DNA of 36,871 nucleotides from an uncultured Candidatus Planktophila sp. (lineage in GTDB: Bacteria > Actinomycetota > Actinomycetes > Nanopelagicales > Nanopelagicaceae), in assembly GCA_964529875.1 (NCBI GenBank), contig CAZGXO010000001.1, positions 1 to 36,871 of the forward strand, written 5' to 3'. This document shows, one piece after another, positions 1 to 10,002 of this stretch; within the stretch, counting starts at the first letter, position 1, and the number at the start of each line of letters is the position of its first letter. Under the pieces are notes generated by a model. It worked only from the letters and a program-made list of their open reading frames with translations. It had not been told where the DNA came from and ran no database searches. The translations under genes and the position numbers were made by a program.

Positions 1-62
1 AACATGGTCCGTGTGCAGAACACCGCACATCCTTTGCCAACATTGCAGCGCTTCTTGCATAG
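1..62 (+). CDS. rnhB: Ribonuclease HII, 3' end only (partial)
   Basis: Frame starting at nt 3 reads HGPCAEHRTSFANIAALLA*, matching the GPxxxHRxSF C-terminal motif of RNase HII; rnhB normally lies shortly upstream of dprA in Actinobacteria. Not in the ORF track. Confidence 0.75.
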   Translation, partial: HGPCAEHRTSFANIAALLA

Positions 63-122
63 TTATACACATTTGTAATACTCGGAGGCAGGCGCGGAGT
101 TTTTCTCTCCTAACCTGCCGCC

Positions 123-983
123 ATGATTGATTCCAGAATTCAAAGATGGGCGCTCTTTCAAGCTATTGAACCAGGCTCTCTTTTTTGGTGCCGTGAGATT
201 GCCGAATTTGGAATCTCAGCAGTATACGAAGCAATTGTGAATGAACTTTATGACCCAGAGCGATATGCAGCTGTTATTACAAAGGTGAATACTTTCTGCA
301 GTGATAGCGAGCAAGAAAAACTAGAAGAAGCAGGCGGAGTCTTAATTACTCCCGATGATGAGTGCTGGCCAAGTCAGTTAGAACATTTAATCAACCCGCC
401 AATTGCTCTCATTGTGAAAGGTCGCGTTGAATCGCTGACCAAACAATCACTTGCAATTGTGGGAACACGTAATCCAACGCCTTATGGAATCAGGATTGCA
501 GGGGATTTTGCAGCAGGATTTGTAGATCGTGATTGGGCCATTGTCAGCGGTGGTGCATATGGAATTGATACTGCAGCACATCGTGGTGCGCTCGTTGCAG
601 AAGGATGCACTGTTGCAGTAATTGCATCTGGAATTGATTCTCCTTATCCAAGTGGCAATGCCCGACTCTTCGCAGAAATAATGGAAAACGGTGCAATTGT
701 GAGCGAAGTTGCACTTGGTGTTCCAGCGCTGCCACATCGTTTCTTAACCCGTAATCGATTAATTGCCGGACTTGCACAGAGCACTTTGGTGGTGGAGGCA
801 GCCTTTCGGAGCGGATCTCTTCGAACGGCACGGGATGCCGCAGAGTTAATGCGCCCCGTGATGGCAATACCTGGTCCTATTAATTCGCCGTCATCTGAAG
901 GTTGTCATCGATTAATCGGTGAACGTGCGGCTGAACTTGTGACATCGGTAGCTGATGCACTGGAATTAATCTCTGCTTTGTAA
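123..983 (+). CDS. dprA: DNA-processing protein DprA
   Basis: AIVGTR, VSGGAYGIDTAAH, FLTRNRLIAGL, VVEAAFRSGSL, PGPINSPSSEGCHRLI motifs. Confidence 0.95.
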   Translation: MIDSRIQRWALFQAIEPGSLFWCREIAEFGISAVYEAIVNELYDPERYAAVITKVNTFCSDSEQEKLEEAGGVLITPDDECWPSQLEHLINPPIALIVKGRVESLTKQSLAIVGTRNPTPYGIRIAGDFAAGFVDRDWAIVSGGAYGIDTAAHRGALVAEGCTVAVIASGIDSPYPSGNARLFAEIMENGAIVSEVALGVPALPHRFLTRNRLIAGLAQSTLVVEAAFRSGSLRTARDAAELMRPVMAIPGPINSPSSEGCHRLIGERAAELVTSVADALELISAL

Positions 984-1026
984 TTGCGCTTTAGGTTACT
1001 TACGGATGTAATGAGAGAATAAGTCC

Positions 1027-1944
1027 GTGAGTGATTTTAGATCTGGTTTCGTAGCCATAGTAGGCAGGCCAAATACTGGAAAATCAACTCTTATTAACGC
1101 TTTAGTTGGTAGCAAAATTGCAATTACATCGCATCATCCCAACACAACGCGCCATGCAATTCGCGGCATAGTCAATCACAGTGATTTTCAGGCAGTCATT
1201 GTTGATACTCCTGGGCTACACAAGCCAAAGACTCTTCTTGGCGAGCGATTAAATGCTGTTGTTGCTGAAAGTTTGGAAGATGTAGATATTGTGATGATGT
1301 GTCTACCTGCCGATGAAACATCGGGAGCAGGAGATAGTTTCATTGCAGCCCAAATAGCAAAAGCCGGAAAGGCGAAGAAATTTGCACTCGTCACTAAGAC
1401 AGATACTGTGGCAAAGAAGAAGGTTGCTGAGCGACTTTTGGCAGTGAATGAATTAGCAGTTGGATTTACTTGGGATGAAATCATTCCTTTATCTGCAACC
1501 ACGCATGATCAAGTTGATCTACTTTCTGAACTCATTGGCAAAAATCTCCCAGCGGGTCCCGCCTTTTATCCAACTGATATCAATAGTGATCAAGAGATTA
1601 CGCAGTTAATATGCGAATTCATTCGCGAATCTGCCATGCGCGATGCTCGAGAAGAACTTCCTCACTCCATCATGGTCACCATTGATGAAATGAGCGAACG
1701 CGAAGAGAAGGGGAGTCGACCCTTTTTTGATATCCATGCCACGATTCACGTTGAGCGGGATTCGCAGACAGGAATTATTTTGGGACATAAAGGGGAGCGC
1801 TTAAAAGAGATAGGAACTCGAGCTCGCGTAGATATTGAGCAAGCGCTCAATGCACGGATATTTCTCGGGCTGCATGTAAAAGTTTCTAAGGAATGGCAGC
1901 GCGATCCAAAACTTCTGGAAAAATTAGGATTTACTGAGCGCTAA
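1027..1944 (+). CDS. era: GTPase Era
   Basis: SGFVAIVGRPNTGKST, DTPG, TKTD, C-terminal KH domain (VERDSQTGIILGHKG). Confidence 0.97.
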   Translation: MSDFRSGFVAIVGRPNTGKSTLINALVGSKIAITSHHPNTTRHAIRGIVNHSDFQAVIVDTPGLHKPKTLLGERLNAVVAESLEDVDIVMMCLPADETSGAGDSFIAAQIAKAGKAKKFALVTKTDTVAKKKVAERLLAVNELAVGFTWDEIIPLSATTHDQVDLLSELIGKNLPAGPAFYPTDINSDQEITQLICEFIRESAMRDAREELPHSIMVTIDEMSEREEKGSRPFFDIHATIHVERDSQTGIILGHKGERLKEIGTRARVDIEQALNARIFLGLHVKVSKEWQRDPKLLEKLGFTER

Positions 1945-2740
1945 TTACTCCGGTTGCGAGTGCAATCAAAAGTGCACTTCCGAGAAGTACGCGATAGACC
2001 ACAAAGGGCATAAAACTCTTTGTGGTAATGAATTTCATCAACCAGGCAATAACTAAATAACCGACAATAAAAGCTGTTGCAGTCGCTACAAATGTCTCTG
2101 CAAGAGTGAAGGGTGATGTCGTCGTATCGCTTAGGGCACTTTTTAATTCATACAGCCCGCTGCCAAAGACTGCAGGAAGTGCGAGCAAGAATGAATAGCG
2201 CAAGGCAGCTTCTCGCTGATATCCCAGCAATCGTCCGAGCGCAATAGTTGCACCCGAGCGAGATACACCTGGAATGAGAGCGAGAGACTGGGCAAAACCA
2301 TATGCAATGCCATCTCGCGCATTAAGGTTGGTTAAATTCTTTACATTTCTTCCAATGCGATCTGCGATTCCGAGAATCAAGCCGAAAACAATCAGCATGA
2401 TTGCAACAATCCACAGCGATCTAAAGGTATCCCGGATGTAATCCTGGCCGAGATAACCCAGAGCAATGATGGGAAGCGAACCAATAATGATGAGATTTCC
2501 AAGTTTTGCTTCGTGTGAGCCATCACGCGAAATCCACGCCTTCAGAATTGCCAGAATATCTCTTCGAAAATAGATAAGAACGGCAAGTTCTGTACCGATT
2601 TGAGTGATGGCGGTAAAGGTTGCACCTGGATCACTTGCTTTGGAAAAAAACTCGCCGGCAATTCGAATATGTGCGCTCGATGAGATTGGCAAAAATTCGG
2701 TAAGTCCCTGAATTAATCCGAGAAAGAGCGCTTCAATCAT
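1931..2740 (-). CDS. uppP: Undecaprenyl-diphosphate phosphatase (BacA)
   Basis: QGLTEFLPISSSAH and PGVSRSGAT motifs, multi-TM. Confidence 0.96.
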   Translation of the reverse strand: MIEALFLGLIQGLTEFLPISSSAHIRIAGEFFSKASDPGATFTAITQIGTELAVLIYFRRDILAILKAWISRDGSHEAKLGNLIIIGSLPIIALGYLGQDYIRDTFRSLWIVAIMLIVFGLILGIADRIGRNVKNLTNLNARDGIAYGFAQSLALIPGVSRSGATIALGRLLGYQREAALRYSFLLALPAVFGSGLYELKSALSDTTTSPFTLAETFVATATAFIVGYLVIAWLMKFITTKSFMPFVVYRVLLGSALLIALATGVISAQ

Positions 2741-2752
2741 CCGCTAATTATC

Positions 2753-3634
2753 TCAAGAATGTGCAACCGGAGACTTGCGACTCGCAAGATAGGAACCAAT
2801 TAAGACAAGCGGTAAACCTATGACGATTCCAAAGGTAAGTGGCTCATTGAGGATAATGACACCTAAAACAACAGCACATGCAGTGTTGAGATAAGTGACG
2901 AGCGAGCCTCGTGCAACTCCGATGATGTTGGCAAGTGCAAAGAAGGCTACAAAAGCTGCGCCTGTTGAAAGCACTCCAAGTCCTATCACTGCGTTTATTG
3001 CGCCACTCGAAATCTGATGCTCTGGCCATTGCAGATAAGTAAAAGGCAGATAAAAAATTGCAGTGATTGCCATGGCAACTGCATTGATGGCAATTCCAGA
3101 GACATGGGGAAGCGCAGATTGCACCATCATCACTGCGTAGGAGTAGCCAATGGCCGCAACCAGCACCATGCCAATAGAGAGAGGGTCGGCAGAGCCAGTA
3201 ATACTTTCAATGCCAACTACTGCGATAAGACCGATAAAACCAAGAATGATTCCAAGCAGTCGAGTGTGGTGCCAAACCGTTTTATCCCCACGTAAAGATG
3301 CAAAAACCGTTGCCCAAATCGGTACAGATGCCACAAGTAAACCTGCAAGGCCAGATGAAATTTTCTGTTCTGCAGTACCAATCAGAATCCAAGGTCCGAT
3401 CATTTCTAGAAGAGCATAGAAAGCGACATATTTAAATCCACGAAGCGCTGGGATTAATTGTTTTTGTGCGATAGCAAATGGGAGAAGTATTGCCGCACCA
3501 ATTGCTGTGCGCAGGCACACGACAGCAGCGGGCGGGAAACCATTGAGAGGATCAACTGCCACCTTAATAAAAAGATATGGGATACCCCAGAGGAAACCCA
3601 CCAAAATAAAGAGAAACCAACCGCGACGCGACAT
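2753..3634 (-). CDS. DMT/EamA family transporter
   Basis: 293 aa, about 10 hydrophobic segments, two EamA repeats (LWG..., ...ILNEPLT). Confidence 0.85.
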   Translation of the reverse strand: MSRRGWFLFILVGFLWGIPYLFIKVAVDPLNGFPPAAVVCLRTAIGAAILLPFAIAQKQLIPALRGFKYVAFYALLEMIGPWILIGTAEQKISSGLAGLLVASVPIWATVFASLRGDKTVWHHTRLLGIILGFIGLIAVVGIESITGSADPLSIGMVLVAAIGYSYAVMMVQSALPHVSGIAINAVAMAITAIFYLPFTYLQWPEHQISSGAINAVIGLGVLSTGAAFVAFFALANIIGVARGSLVTYLNTACAVVLGVIILNEPLTFGIVIGLPLVLIGSYLASRKSPVAHS

Positions 3635-4798
3635 TTAGTGAATAACGCTCCGATATAAATCTAGAGTCTGCTGAGCAATCGCATCCCAGCCAAAATGTTG
3701 TGCCGCACGGATGCGTCCTGCTTTGCCATAACGCTCGAGAAGTTCAGGGTTTGCCATGAGCTCAGTAATCTTGTTGCTGAGCTCTGATTCAAATTGCTTG
3801 CTATCTTCTGAGTAATCAACCAGTACACCGGTTTCGCCATCTGCGACAACTTCTGGAATACCGCCCACCTTTGAGGCGAGTACCGCAGTCTCGCACCCCA
3901 TCGCTTCTAAGTTAACGATCCCAAGTGGCTCATAGATGGAAGGACATAAGAAGAGATCTGCCTGGGTCAGCACTGCCGTCAATTTATCGTGAGGCAACAT
4001 ATCTTTTATCCACCAGATATTTTTGCGATCCTTCTGTAATTGCGCTATCAATTCGGCAACTTCGTTACCAACATTAGCTTCATCAGGGCTACCAGCTGCT
4101 AAAACCAAACCGTAGTCAGCCGGTACTTTCTGCCATGCGCGAAGTAAATGTGCCAGACCTTTTTGCCTAGTAATACGGCCGACAAAGAGCGCATATCTAC
4201 CCGTGATTCCAAATTCTGCAAGTACGTGTGGTGCAGGATTTGGAGCAAATTGCGAAGTGTCAACGCCATTTCTAATGGTAAAAACTTTGGCAGGATCTAC
4301 ATCTGGGTATGCGCGAATTACATCGTGGCGCATGCCATCGCTCACCGCAATGATTGCAGCGGCAGATTCATAAGCAGTGCGTTCTGCCCACGATGAAATT
4401 CGATAGCCGCCGCCTAATTGCTCTGCCTTCCATGGACGAAGTGGCTCGAGTGAATGGGCGCTTACGACATGGGGAGTTCCATATAAAAGTGATGCGCTAT
4501 GACCGGCCATATTTGCATACCAGGTATGGGTATGCACGACATCTAAACCTTGCAAGTGATCGGCTATTGCAAGATCGGTAGCGAGAGCTTGCAGCGCTGG
4601 ATTGGAGTTCTTGAATTCAGCAGGGGTGTCATAGCCGAAAGAGCCATCATTTCGCGCACCACCGAAACAATGAACAGATACATCAACATTGGAAAGTGAG
4701 CGTAAAGCTTTTGTCAGTTGCACAACGTGCACACCAGCACCACCATAAACAGCAGGTGGCCACTCTTTTGTCACAATTCCAACCTTAAGAGCGCTCAT
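3635..4798 (-). CDS. glgA: GT4 glycosyltransferase, actinobacterial GlgA/GlgM (maltose-1-phosphate synthase)
   Basis: TKEWPPAVYGGAGVHV, HTHTWYAN, HSLEPLRPWKAEQLGGGY, PSIYEPLGIVNLEAM; divergent from glgC. Confidence 0.92.
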   Translation of the reverse strand: MSALKVGIVTKEWPPAVYGGAGVHVVQLTKALRSLSNVDVSVHCFGGARNDGSFGYDTPAEFKNSNPALQALATDLAIADHLQGLDVVHTHTWYANMAGHSASLLYGTPHVVSAHSLEPLRPWKAEQLGGGYRISSWAERTAYESAAAIIAVSDGMRHDVIRAYPDVDPAKVFTIRNGVDTSQFAPNPAPHVLAEFGITGRYALFVGRITRQKGLAHLLRAWQKVPADYGLVLAAGSPDEANVGNEVAELIAQLQKDRKNIWWIKDMLPHDKLTAVLTQADLFLCPSIYEPLGIVNLEAMGCETAVLASKVGGIPEVVADGETGVLVDYSEDSKQFESELSNKITELMANPELLERYGKAGRIRAAQHFGWDAIAQQTLDLYRSVIH

Positions 4799-4855
4799 CC
4801 GCCAAGCGTATCTGTTGCTATAGATAGATTGAAATTTCCCCGATAACCTTTACCT

Positions 4856-6079
4856 ATGGCGCGCTTTGAATCTCCACTAGGAATAGTTCTTGCGGGCGGT
4901 GAAGGAAAACGGTTGATGCCACTTACGGCAGATCGTGCAAAACCTGCAGTTCCATTCGGTGGCTCTTATCGCCTGATTGATTTTGTTCTCTCTAATTTGG
5001 TCAACGCTAGAATGCTCAAGATTGCAGTTCTTACACAATATAAATCCCACTCTCTAGATCGACACATCACCACTACCTGGAGAATGTCGACCCTTACCTC
5101 TAACTACATAACGCCAGTTCCTGCGCAACAGAGACTTGGTCCTCGTTGGTATACCGGTTCTGCAGATGCAATTTTGCAAAACTTCAATTTAATTCATGAC
5201 GAAAATCCAAACCACGTACTTGTCTTCGGTGCTGATCACGTGTATCGAATGGATCCAAGTCAGATGTTTGAGCAACATCGCGAAACCGGAGCTGGCGTGA
5301 CCGTTGCTGCAATTCGTATGCCACGTTCGGAAGCTCATGATTTTGGGGTCATCGAACTTGCCGACGATGGAATTACAATAAAAGCTTTCCACGAAAAACC
5401 GGCGAACCCTCCAGCAATGCCTGGCCATCCAGATCTCTGCTTGGTTTCCATGGGAAATTACATTTTCAAACGTGATGTCATGGAAGAAGCGCTGATTTTA
5501 GATTCAGAAGATATTGAGTCACGTCACGATATCGGCGGAAACATTATCCCGATGTTAACGAAGGCTGGAGTTGCCAAAGTTTATGACTTTGCCAATAACG
5601 TAGTTCCCGGAGAGACAGAGCGCGATAAAGGTTATTGGCGCGATGTAGGTTCAATTGATGCGTATTACGACGCTCATATGGATTTGGTATCTATCCATCC
5701 CATCTTTAATCTCTATAACCGCGAATGGCCGCTACTCACGAATCCACCATCATTGCCGCCTGCAAAATTTAGCGCCAATGGAATTGCCCAAGATTCCATC
5801 GTAGGAGCAGGTTCCATCATTGCTGGCGGCCACGTAAATCACACTGTTACTTCTTTTGATGTTCACGTCGGTACCGGCGCTTTTGTCGACGGTGCAGTGC
5901 TTATGCCAGGTGTCAAAATCGGAGATCGCGCAGTAGTGCGCAAAGCTATTATCGATAAGAACGTAGTTGTTGAGGCAGGAGCTCAAATTGGTGTTGATTT
6001 AGAGCGCGATAGACAACGGTTCACAGTGACAGAAAGTGGAATCGTAGTTGTGGGCAAGGGCGCGATAGTTACTTCGTAA
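4856..6079 (+). CDS. glgC: Glucose-1-phosphate adenylyltransferase
   Basis: [38 protein letters not shown]-terminal hexapeptide repeats. Confidence 0.97.
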   Translation: MARFESPLGIVLAGGEGKRLMPLTADRAKPAVPFGGSYRLIDFVLSNLVNARMLKIAVLTQYKSHSLDRHITTTWRMSTLTSNYITPVPAQQRLGPRWYTGSADAILQNFNLIHDENPNHVLVFGADHVYRMDPSQMFEQHRETGAGVTVAAIRMPRSEAHDFGVIELADDGITIKAFHEKPANPPAMPGHPDLCLVSMGNYIFKRDVMEEALILDSEDIESRHDIGGNIIPMLTKAGVAKVYDFANNVVPGETERDKGYWRDVGSIDAYYDAHMDLVSIHPIFNLYNREWPLLTNPPSLPPAKFSANGIAQDSIVGAGSIIAGGHVNHTVTSFDVHVGTGAFVDGAVLMPGVKIGDRAVVRKAIIDKNVVVEAGAQIGVDLERDRQRFTVTESGIVVVGKGAIVTS

Positions 6080-6989
6080 TCTTTGAAATCTCTGCCGCTG
6101 CCCAATCTATGGCAAGCGTTGCAGAAGGTGTAACCGCTAAGTTAGTAAAGAATCCATGGATCATTCCTTCATAATTTCGATAAACCACGTGGATTGAATC
6201 TCTGTGCAGTGCAGCGACATATTTTTCGCCATCTGTCAGAAGCGGGTCGTACTCCGCAGTGATGACGACCGCTGGAGCCACACCTTTCAGTGATTGAGAA
6301 CGTAAAGGTAGCGCGTATGGATCGTGATCATGGGCGTTTCCTTGTAAATATTGATCCCAAAACCATTGCATTGCTTGCGTTGATAATCCAAACCCACTGG
6401 CTTTTTCACGATATGAGTTAGTTGAGAAATCGCGATCCAGGCATGGATAAATTAAGAGTTGAAAAGATAGAGCTATTTTCATATCGCGCGCTTTGAGCGC
6501 AACTGCAGCAGCTAAATTTCCGCCTGCGCTATCGCCAGCCACTCCAACATTATGTGGCAACGACATTTTCTCTGAATTCTGCAAGACCCATTCCAGAGTT
6601 GCATAACAATCATCAAAAGGAGTCGGATAAGGGTGCTCTGGAGCCTTCTGGTAATTAACGCTCACAATGGTGGATTTACTTTGATTGGCAAGTCGAGAAA
6701 GTGACGCATCGTATATATCGAGAAAATTGAGAACCCAACCACCGCCATGAAAATAGATCACGGTGCGTTCACTATTGTGCACTGGACGGTAGATACGGAT
6801 TGGCAAATCACTTGTAGGACCAGGAATAAAAAGATTTTCTATTGATGACAGAGGCTCTATAGGCCCGGCAATTGCGACTCGACCCTGAGTATTTTTACGA
6901 AGCACGGATACAGGCGCTTCCCAGACCTGAGGTAGGCCGGCAGCGGCACTTGCTTCAAGAAATTTTTTGATTTCAGGAGCGAGAGTCAT
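6069..6989 (-). CDS. Alpha/beta hydrolase, HSL-family esterase/lipase
   Basis: HGGGW oxyanion motif, GDSAGG nucleophile, DPL and HGF triad motifs. Confidence 0.92.
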   Translation of the reverse strand: MTLAPEIKKFLEASAAAGLPQVWEAPVSVLRKNTQGRVAIAGPIEPLSSIENLFIPGPTSDLPIRIYRPVHNSERTVIYFHGGGWVLNFLDIYDASLSRLANQSKSTIVSVNYQKAPEHPYPTPFDDCYATLEWVLQNSEKMSLPHNVGVAGDSAGGNLAAAVALKARDMKIALSFQLLIYPCLDRDFSTNSYREKASGFGLSTQAMQWFWDQYLQGNAHDHDPYALPLRSQSLKGVAPAVVITAEYDPLLTDGEKYVAALHRDSIHVVYRNYEGMIHGFFTNLAVTPSATLAIDWAAAEISKITK

Positions 6990-7002
6990 GAGATTAAGTT
7001 AA

Positions 7003-8511
7003 TCAAATTTCACCACGTGAGAGAAGTTCCAAAACTTCCTGCGCCCGTTCCTGCAAAGGTGGCAGATCACTTAAGCGATTAATTCCTGCCAATTGCTGCG
7101 CCATCCGATGATTTTTTGCAAAACGTTCGCGATTTCGTGCCAGAAAATCCCAATACAAAGTGGTGAATGGACAGGCATCATCTCCAACACGTTTTTTGGG
7201 GTCATAGGGACAGGTGCCGCAGTAATTACTCATTTTAGAGATATAGGAACCACCTGCGGCATATGGCTTTGTGGCAAGTTTGCCGCCATCTGCATGCAAA
7301 CTCATGCCGATTACATTAGGCACCATCACCCAATCCGCTGCATCAATAAATGCACGGCGCATCCAATCGAGAAATTCTTGAGGAGAAGTGCCGGTGATTA
7401 AAGCAAGATTGCTTAGCACCATTAATCGTGGAATGTGATGCACCCAAGCGCGCGCTTCAATATCTCGAACGTTGCTTGCGATGCAATTCATTTTTGTCTT
7501 ACCTGAATCCTCAAAGAGCGGAAGTAGTGGCCTTGTCGCTTCTAACGAGTTTTCATTTCGGTAGAGATCTCCAAAGAACCAATAAAGTCCGTTGATGTAT
7601 TCGCGCCATCCAATAATTTGCCTAATAAATCCTTCAGCGCCAGCAAGTGGAATTCCGCCCTTCTTGTAGGCCGAGAGAGCTCGTGAAATAACTTCGCTGG
7701 GATGTATGAGACCGATATTCAGGTATGGACTTAAGAGCGAATGGTTTACTGCCCAACTATCAGTGGTCATCGCATCTTCGTAAGCGCCAAATTCATGAAA
7801 TGCCTTCTTGAGGAAGTGGTCAAGTTGTTTCAGCGCAGCAGCGCGAGTTGTACCCCACGTAGCGTCTGGCTCATTACCAAATACTGGGAGGTTGCGGTTC
7901 TTAATATCTTTCAAAACTTTCTTATCAATCTCATCTCGCTCATGGGCACAATATGCCGGCCACTTGTGCGCACCTTTAGGCGGAGGTAATCGATTTTCAG
8001 CATCGTAATTCCACTTACCCCCGACAGGATCTGCACCCTCCATTAAAATGTTAAGGCGCACTCGCTGTGCGCGATAGAAATTCTCCATCACTAGATTCTT
8101 TTGCGCGGCTGCCCATTGTTGAAAAAGCGGTCTACTCGTTAAAAAGAAATCATTGGGCACCAATGTGATTTTCAAAGACTTAAATTGCTCGTACTGCTTA
8201 TGAGATGAAGGCTCGGTTGCAATAATTTCAATACCAGGATTTTTTGACCGGTATTCAGCGATGCCTGCAGCAGTATTTTCGCTCTGCAAAAATGTGATGT
8301 GAAAACCCTCTTCTTTAAGGTCTGCCAAGAAATGATCGCGCGCTGACATAAGAAAGAAAAGTCTTTGTAGATGCCACTTTCTCGTAGTCAACATTCGCTG
8401 ACTTTCTATAAAGAGAATGGAGTGTGATTGAGGTGTCGCACCCTTTAACGCACCATAATCTCGATGCAGATGATCATTCAGGAGCAAAATGGTGGATTGT
8501 GGCTTCACCAT
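7003..8511 (-). CDS. FeS-type bacterial cryptochrome/(6-4) photolyase (CryB/PhrB family)
   Basis: GGKWNYDAENR, HSLLSPYLNIGL, EGFIRQIIGWREY, HHIPRLM, TKPYAAGGSYI; four cluster Cys (MNC, YCGTC, ACPF). Confidence 0.92.
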   Translation of the reverse strand: MVKPQSTILLLNDHLHRDYGALKGATPQSHSILFIESQRMLTTRKWHLQRLFFLMSARDHFLADLKEEGFHITFLQSENTAAGIAEYRSKNPGIEIIATEPSSHKQYEQFKSLKITLVPNDFFLTSRPLFQQWAAAQKNLVMENFYRAQRVRLNILMEGADPVGGKWNYDAENRLPPPKGAHKWPAYCAHERDEIDKKVLKDIKNRNLPVFGNEPDATWGTTRAAALKQLDHFLKKAFHEFGAYEDAMTTDSWAVNHSLLSPYLNIGLIHPSEVISRALSAYKKGGIPLAGAEGFIRQIIGWREYINGLYWFFGDLYRNENSLEATRPLLPLFEDSGKTKMNCIASNVRDIEARAWVHHIPRLMVLSNLALITGTSPQEFLDWMRRAFIDAADWVMVPNVIGMSLHADGGKLATKPYAAGGSYISKMSNYCGTCPYDPKKRVGDDACPFTTLYWDFLARNRERFAKNHRMAQQLAGINRLSDLPPLQERAQEVLELLSRGEI

Positions 8512-9920
8512 GTTTGAGTTCGGTCTCGCAACATTCTGTATTGCGCAACTACTTCAGGGGTTGCGGAGGCGCGTGCTGAAGAAACTTTTCCGAGATCCCA
8601 CTGTGGTGGTTCTGCACTTTGCAAGAGCGCCCAAGCAGCTTGGCGCGCAGCGCCATCTGCAACATACTCACCTGGCTGTGGCACAAGTACTTCACGGCCA
8701 AAGAGTGAAGACGCAATTGATGCAATCGCTGGATTTTTTGCAGCTCCACCAATTAATAGGACTCGCTGCACACTCACTCCAAGTGCAACCAAAGCGTCAA
8801 CTGCATCAACGAGTCCGCAGAGCATCCCTTCAATCATGGCGCGGGCGATATCTGCTGGATTTGAATTCTTTAAATTCATGCCTGCAAAAACTCCAGTGGC
8901 AGCGGGGCGATTGGGAGTGCGTTCTCCTTCAAAATAGGGGAGCAGAGTTAATCCATGAGCGCCAGGTTGCGCACTGAGTGCAAGTGCGCCGATTTCATCA
9001 TGAGATTTTCCTAAAATTTGTGTTGCCGCATCCAAAATTCGAGCAGCGTTGAGAGTGCAGACCAAGGGCAAAAATTTGCCAGTTGCATCAGCGAAACCGG
9101 CAACCGCACCTGTTGCATCGTGAGTTGAGGTGTGAGAAACGGCAAAGGCTGTTCCGCTAGTTCCTAAAGAAACGACGACATCGCCCGGTTCTGCTTGAAC
9201 GCCGAGAGCGGCAGCTGCATTGTCTCCAGCTCCGGCAGCGATAGGAATTCCTGTTTTGGTGACTCCGCCAAATTTCTGTGGAGAAGTGATTGTTGGTAGC
9301 TGAATGTGACGATCGGTGTGGAGCGCTTTCGCCACAATGTCATTGCGATACATGGATGTGGTGGCATCAAAATAGCCAGTGCCAGAAGCATCCGAACGAT
9401 CAGTAAATAGCTGAGATAAATCACTAGTTCCTTGCAACTTCCAAGAAAGATAATCATGTGGGAGCGCAACCGCAGCAACTTTATCTGCATTATCTTTTTC
9501 GTGATCTGCTAACCACCGTAATTTTGTAGCGGTGAATGAAGCGACTAAAACTGAACCAACTTGTTTCGCCACCTCGGCATCGCCACCTAATTCTTGGTTA
9601 AGTGCTAGTGCACTTTCTGCAGATCGCGTGTCATTCCAGAGCAGGGCTTTGCGAATTACTTCGCCATTTTTATCAAGTGCAACCATGCCGTGCTGTTGGC
9701 CACCAATAGAGATTGCGGAGACATCGGCTAATCCACCTGCATCAGCGCAAGCAGCGTCGAGCGCACTTATCCAATGCGATGGATCAACTTCTGTGCCATC
9801 TGGATGTGGTGCTCGCCCTTGGCGAATTAACTCGCCAGTATCAGCGCGACGGATTACAACTTTGACAGATTGAGTTGATGAATCCACGCCTGCGACTAGC
9901 GGGTTGTCAGATGTGGCCAT
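8505..9920 (-). CDS. xylB: Xylulokinase (FGGY family)
   Basis: AGVDSSTQSVK, GGQQHGMV, LLWNDTRS, TDRSDASGTGY, GAGDN, LPYFEGERTP; start set at ATG 9920 because TAGCCT -10 lies 6 nt upstream. Confidence 0.9.
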   Translation of the reverse strand: MATSDNPLVAGVDSSTQSVKVVIRRADTGELIRQGRAPHPDGTEVDPSHWISALDAACADAGGLADVSAISIGGQQHGMVALDKNGEVIRKALLWNDTRSAESALALNQELGGDAEVAKQVGSVLVASFTATKLRWLADHEKDNADKVAAVALPHDYLSWKLQGTSDLSQLFTDRSDASGTGYFDATTSMYRNDIVAKALHTDRHIQLPTITSPQKFGGVTKTGIPIAAGAGDNAAAALGVQAEPGDVVVSLGTSGTAFAVSHTSTHDATGAVAGFADATGKFLPLVCTLNAARILDAATQILGKSHDEIGALALSAQPGAHGLTLLPYFEGERTPNRPAATGVFAGMNLKNSNPADIARAMIEGMLCGLVDAVDALVALGVSVQRVLLIGGAAKNPAIASIASSLFGREVLVPQPGEYVADGAARQAAWALLQSAEPPQWDLGKVSSARASATPEVVAQYRMLRDRTQTW

Positions 9921-9926
9921 GTGCAA

Positions 9927-9936
9927 AGGCTAGACT
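9927..9936. promoter_or_regulatory. Overlapping divergent -10 elements for xylB (TAGCCT, minus) and pfk (TAGACT, plus)
   Basis: AGGCTAGACT reads TANNNT on both strands sharing the TA at 9931-9932. Confidence 0.55.
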
Positions 9937-10002
9937 GTGCCCGTCAATGGTGACCACACAAGGGCTTTTTCGCCTTAATTCACTTTCTTTTGGAGCGTTG
10001 TA

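Noticed and set aside
1..72. Minus-strand ORF start (MCITMQEALQCW...)
   Set aside because: The plus-strand frame matches the RNase HII C-terminus; the minus frame has no recognisable motif or promoter.
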